Source: Caulobacter sp.
Lineage (GTDB): Bacteria > Pseudomonadota > Alphaproteobacteria > Caulobacterales > Caulobacteraceae
Assembly: GCA_041905125.1 (NCBI GenBank)
Contig: JAYRLX010000001.1
Coordinates: 1 to 50,929, forward strand
DNA: 50,929 nt
Direction of reading: 5' to 3'
In this document: positions 48,495 to 50,929 of the stretch, piece after piece
Layout: every line of letters starts with the position of its first letter
Numbering within the stretch: the stretch's first letter is position 1
The notes under the pieces: model-generated
Database searches by the model: none
What the model was told of the DNA's origin: nothing
Seen by the model: the letters and a program-made list of their open reading frames with translations, nothing else
Made by a program: the position numbers and the translations under genes

Positions 48495-48637
48495 AAGGCG
48501 ACCGCTTCGCGCGCGGCCATGGGCGTCGGTTCGGCCTGGCAGCTGGCCAAGGCGAACTGCGCCAGCATGATACAGAGAACGGCGAAGGCCGCGCGCTGAA
48601 GCCGTTTTGAAACAAAAATCGCCGCGTCGGTCGCCAT
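48491..48637 (-). CDS. Putative small lipoprotein (48 aa)
   Basis: Manual translation MATDAAIFVSKRLQRAAFAVLCIMLAQFALASCQAEPTPMAAREAVAF; LASC lipobox and gggga RBS. Confidence 0.5.
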   Translation of the reverse strand: MATDAAIFVSKRLQRAAFAVLCIMLAQFALASCQAEPTPMAAREAVAF

Positions 48638-48716
48638 GATCCGGTCCCCCTGGGATACTCGAGGGCCCCCAGCGCAAGACCGGCGCCGCGATCAGGCCCG
48701 AAACCGGAGCGACCGC

Positions 48717-49607
48717 ATGATCCCCTTCGTCCGCGAGCTGGCGTTCGAGTACGGCCGCTGCGACCAGGTCTCGCCGCTGACCCGGCGGGTGATCGCCCGC
48801 AATCCCGGCCCGTTCACCTATACCGGCACCGGCGTCTATATTGTCGGCCAGGGCGAGGTGGCGGTGATCGACCCGGGCCCGGATCTGCCCGAGCACTTCG
48901 AGGCGCTGAAGGCGGCGCTGGCCGGCGAGCGCGTCACCCACGTGCTGGTCACCCACCACCACCTGGACCACAGCCCCCTCGCCCGCCCGCTGGCCGAGCT
49001 GTTCGGCGCCAGGGTGTATGGCCGTCCCGCGCCGGCGGATCATGGCGAGGCCGCCGCGCCAGGTCTGGAGGAAGGCGCGGACGATCGCTTCCGCCCCGAT
49101 ATCGAACTTTCCGACGGCGACGTCGTCAGCGGTCCCGGCTGGACGCTGGAGGCCGTGACCACCCCCGGCCACACCTCCAACCACGTCTGCTTCGCGCTGA
49201 AGGAAGAAAACGCCCTGTTCTCCGGCGACCACATCATGGGGTGGTCGACGACAGTGGTCAGCCCGCCCGACGGCGACATGGGCGACTACTTCGCCAGCTT
49301 GGCCAAGGTGCGGGCGCGAAACTTCGACACCCTTTGGCCCACCCACGGCGCGCCGGTCCAGGACGTCGGGCCATTCATCGACGCCTACATCGCCCACCGT
49401 AAGGCGCGGGAGGCCCAGATCCTGGAGGCGCTGGGCGCTGGCTTCACGTCGATCCCCGCCATGGTCCCCAGCCTCTATGCGGCCGTCGATCCGCGCCTGC
49501 ATCCGGCCGCGGCGCTGTCGGTGCTGGCCCACATGAACCAGCTGGTGAAGGAAGGTCGCGTTGTGGCCGAAGGCGAAGGGCTAAGCGGTCAGTACCGGGC
49601 AGCCTAG
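48717..49607 (+). CDS. Metallo-beta-lactamase-fold hydrolase
   Basis: [22 protein letters not shown] and [10 protein letters not shown] motifs. Confidence 0.92.
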   Translation: MIPFVRELAFEYGRCDQVSPLTRRVIARNPGPFTYTGTGVYIVGQGEVAVIDPGPDLPEHFEALKAALAGERVTHVLVTHHHLDHSPLARPLAELFGARVYGRPAPADHGEAAAPGLEEGADDRFRPDIELSDGDVVSGPGWTLEAVTTPGHTSNHVCFALKEENALFSGDHIMGWSTTVVSPPDGDMGDYFASLAKVRARNFDTLWPTHGAPVQDVGPFIDAYIAHRKAREAQILEALGAGFTSIPAMVPSLYAAVDPRLHPAAALSVLAHMNQLVKEGRVVAEGEGLSGQYRAA

Positions 49608-50269
49608 GGGAACAGCCGCTTCGTCGTCCAGCCGTCGGCGACGCGGTCGAAGACCAGCCGCTCGTGCAGGCGGAACGGGCGGTCGCGCCAGAACTCGATC
49701 GTGACGGGGACGATGCGATAGCCCGACCAGTGCGGCGGGCGCGGCACCTTGCCCAGACCGAACTTCAGACCCATCTCGGCCACCCGCTTCTCCAGGGCCA
49801 AACGGTCCGGCAGCGGCTGCGACTGCTCGCTGGCCCAGGCGCCGATCTGGCTGTGGCGGGCGCGGCTGGCGAAATAGGCGTCGGCCTCGGCGTCGGTCAC
49901 CGACTCGACGAGCCCCCGGATTCGCACCTGTCGGCGCAGCGACTTCCAGTGGAACAGGATCGCGGCCTTCGGATTGGCCGCCAGCTCCCGCCCCTTGGCG
50001 CTGTGAGTGTTGGTGTAGAAGACAAAGCCCCGCGGATCGAGGTCCTTTAGCAGCACCATCCGCGAGTCGGGCATGCCGTCGGCGTCGACGGTCGAGACAG
50101 TCATGGCGTTGGGGTCGTTGAGCTCCTTCTTGCCCGCATCCTCCAGCCACTCGGCGAACAGCGCGAAGGGATTCTCCTCCGACAGCAGCGGCGGCGGCGT
50201 GGCCTCGGTGACCTGGCGGACGTAGTCATCCTCGCTCGGCGAGGCGGGGATCAGGGTCTGGTCGCTCAT
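49604..50269 (-). CDS. pdxH: Pyridoxamine 5'-phosphate oxidase
   Basis: [21 protein letters not shown] and [13 protein letters not shown] motifs. Confidence 0.95.
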   Translation of the reverse strand: MSDQTLIPASPSEDDYVRQVTEATPPPLLSEENPFALFAEWLEDAGKKELNDPNAMTVSTVDADGMPDSRMVLLKDLDPRGFVFYTNTHSAKGRELAANPKAAILFHWKSLRRQVRIRGLVESVTDAEADAYFASRARHSQIGAWASEQSQPLPDRLALEKRVAEMGLKFGLGKVPRPPHWSGYRIVPVTIEFWRDRPFRLHERLVFDRVADGWTTKRLFP

Positions 50270-50335
50270 GATCCTCATATAGGCCCCCCAGCGACGAGGA
50301 GCCACAGCCACGGTCCCGTAAGCGAAAGTCTTAAC

Positions 50336-50351
50336 TTAACGCCCCGTTGAC
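50336..50351 (+). promoter_or_regulatory. Possible CtrA site
   Basis: TTAA-cgccccg-TTGAC, one mismatch to consensus, upstream of the J-domain gene. Confidence 0.45.
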
Positions 50352-50375
50352 CATCCGGGCGGCAGGGTCGCCGCC

Positions 50376-50929
50376 ATGACCGCCAAAGGCCCCGTCCTGA
50401 CGCTTTTCGCGGCCCGCGCCCTGCTCGGCGTCGGGCCGGACGCGGACGAGCGCGCATTGCGCAAGGCCTATCGCGAGGCCGCCAAGCGCGCCCACCCGGA
50501 CCGTCCGACCGGCGACGCGGCGCTGTTTCGCGAGGTCCAGGCCGCCTATCGCCTGTTGCAAGACGCCCTGGCGCGCCCGACCACCTTCGCGCCGGCCGTG
50601 ACCACGCCCGCCGCGGCTGACTACGCCTTCCTGGACATCGACATCGCCACCGCCGTGTCCGGCGGCTCGGAAGAGCTGTCGATCGACGGCCGCCGCCTGC
50701 GCCTGAAGCTGCCCGCCGGCCTGCGCGCCGGCGACAAGGTGCGGCTGCTCGACGTGCTGTTCGAGGTCCGCCACCGGCCGCTGGACGGCGCCCTGGTGCG
50801 CGGCGACGACCTTTGGCTGACCGGCAAGGTCGCGCCGCGCGTGCTGGCGGAAGGCGGCCGGGTCGAGGCCGACACGCCCCTGGGTCCGCGCCAAGCTTGG
50901 ATCTCGACCAAGGCCGTCGAGCGCGGCCT
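50376..50929 (+). CDS. DnaJ-domain protein (3'-truncated)
   Basis: Manual translation MTAKGPVLTLFAARALLGV...LRKAYREAAKRAHPD (HPD motif); runs off the window. Confidence 0.85.
   Translation, partial: MTAKGPVLTLFAARALLGVGPDADERALRKAYREAAKRAHPDRPTGDAALFREVQAAYRLLQDALARPTTFAPAVTTPAAADYAFLDIDIATAVSGGSEELSIDGRRLRLKLPAGLRAGDKVRLLDVLFEVRHRPLDGALVRGDDLWLTGKVAPRVLAEGGRVEADTPLGPRQAWISTKAVERG

Overview
High-GC alphaproteobacterial DNA, most likely Caulobacter or a close relative (inferred from flgB-flgC-fliE/fliO-fliP with a CtrA box, two MucR paralogues and a sigmaT-type promoter). Bases 1-9823 are the right end of a prophage. It carries a 5'-truncated tail/receptor-binding protein with an SGNH domain and a partner gene. 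Next comes an accessory 'moron' (atypical antitoxin, RelE-like toxin, and a convergent degenerate NERD/PD-(D/E)XK-like gene). This is followed by a lysis cassette (two membrane proteins, GH24 endolysin, Rz with embedded Rz1), two small leftward genes, and an orphan Dam/D12-type adenine methyltransferase. The prophage ends in a tRNA 3'-half att site. The rest is ordinary chromosome: hutC/hutH, osmoprotectant-type ABC transporter, LysR/SbtA, flagellar genes, a P450-GMC-acyl-CoA cluster, mntH, peptidases, a hybrid kinase, tRNA-Gln/tRNA-Pro, sppA, an Oar-like TonB receptor, pdxH and a partial DnaJ-domain gene. There are two best candidates for undescribed biology. The first is a five-hairpin, switch-like leader RNA with a LexA box at the methyltransferase start, beside a divergent Zn-ribbon gene. 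The second is the toxin-antitoxin/nuclease-like moron. All calls are from reading the sequence by eye; no database searches or folding programs were run.
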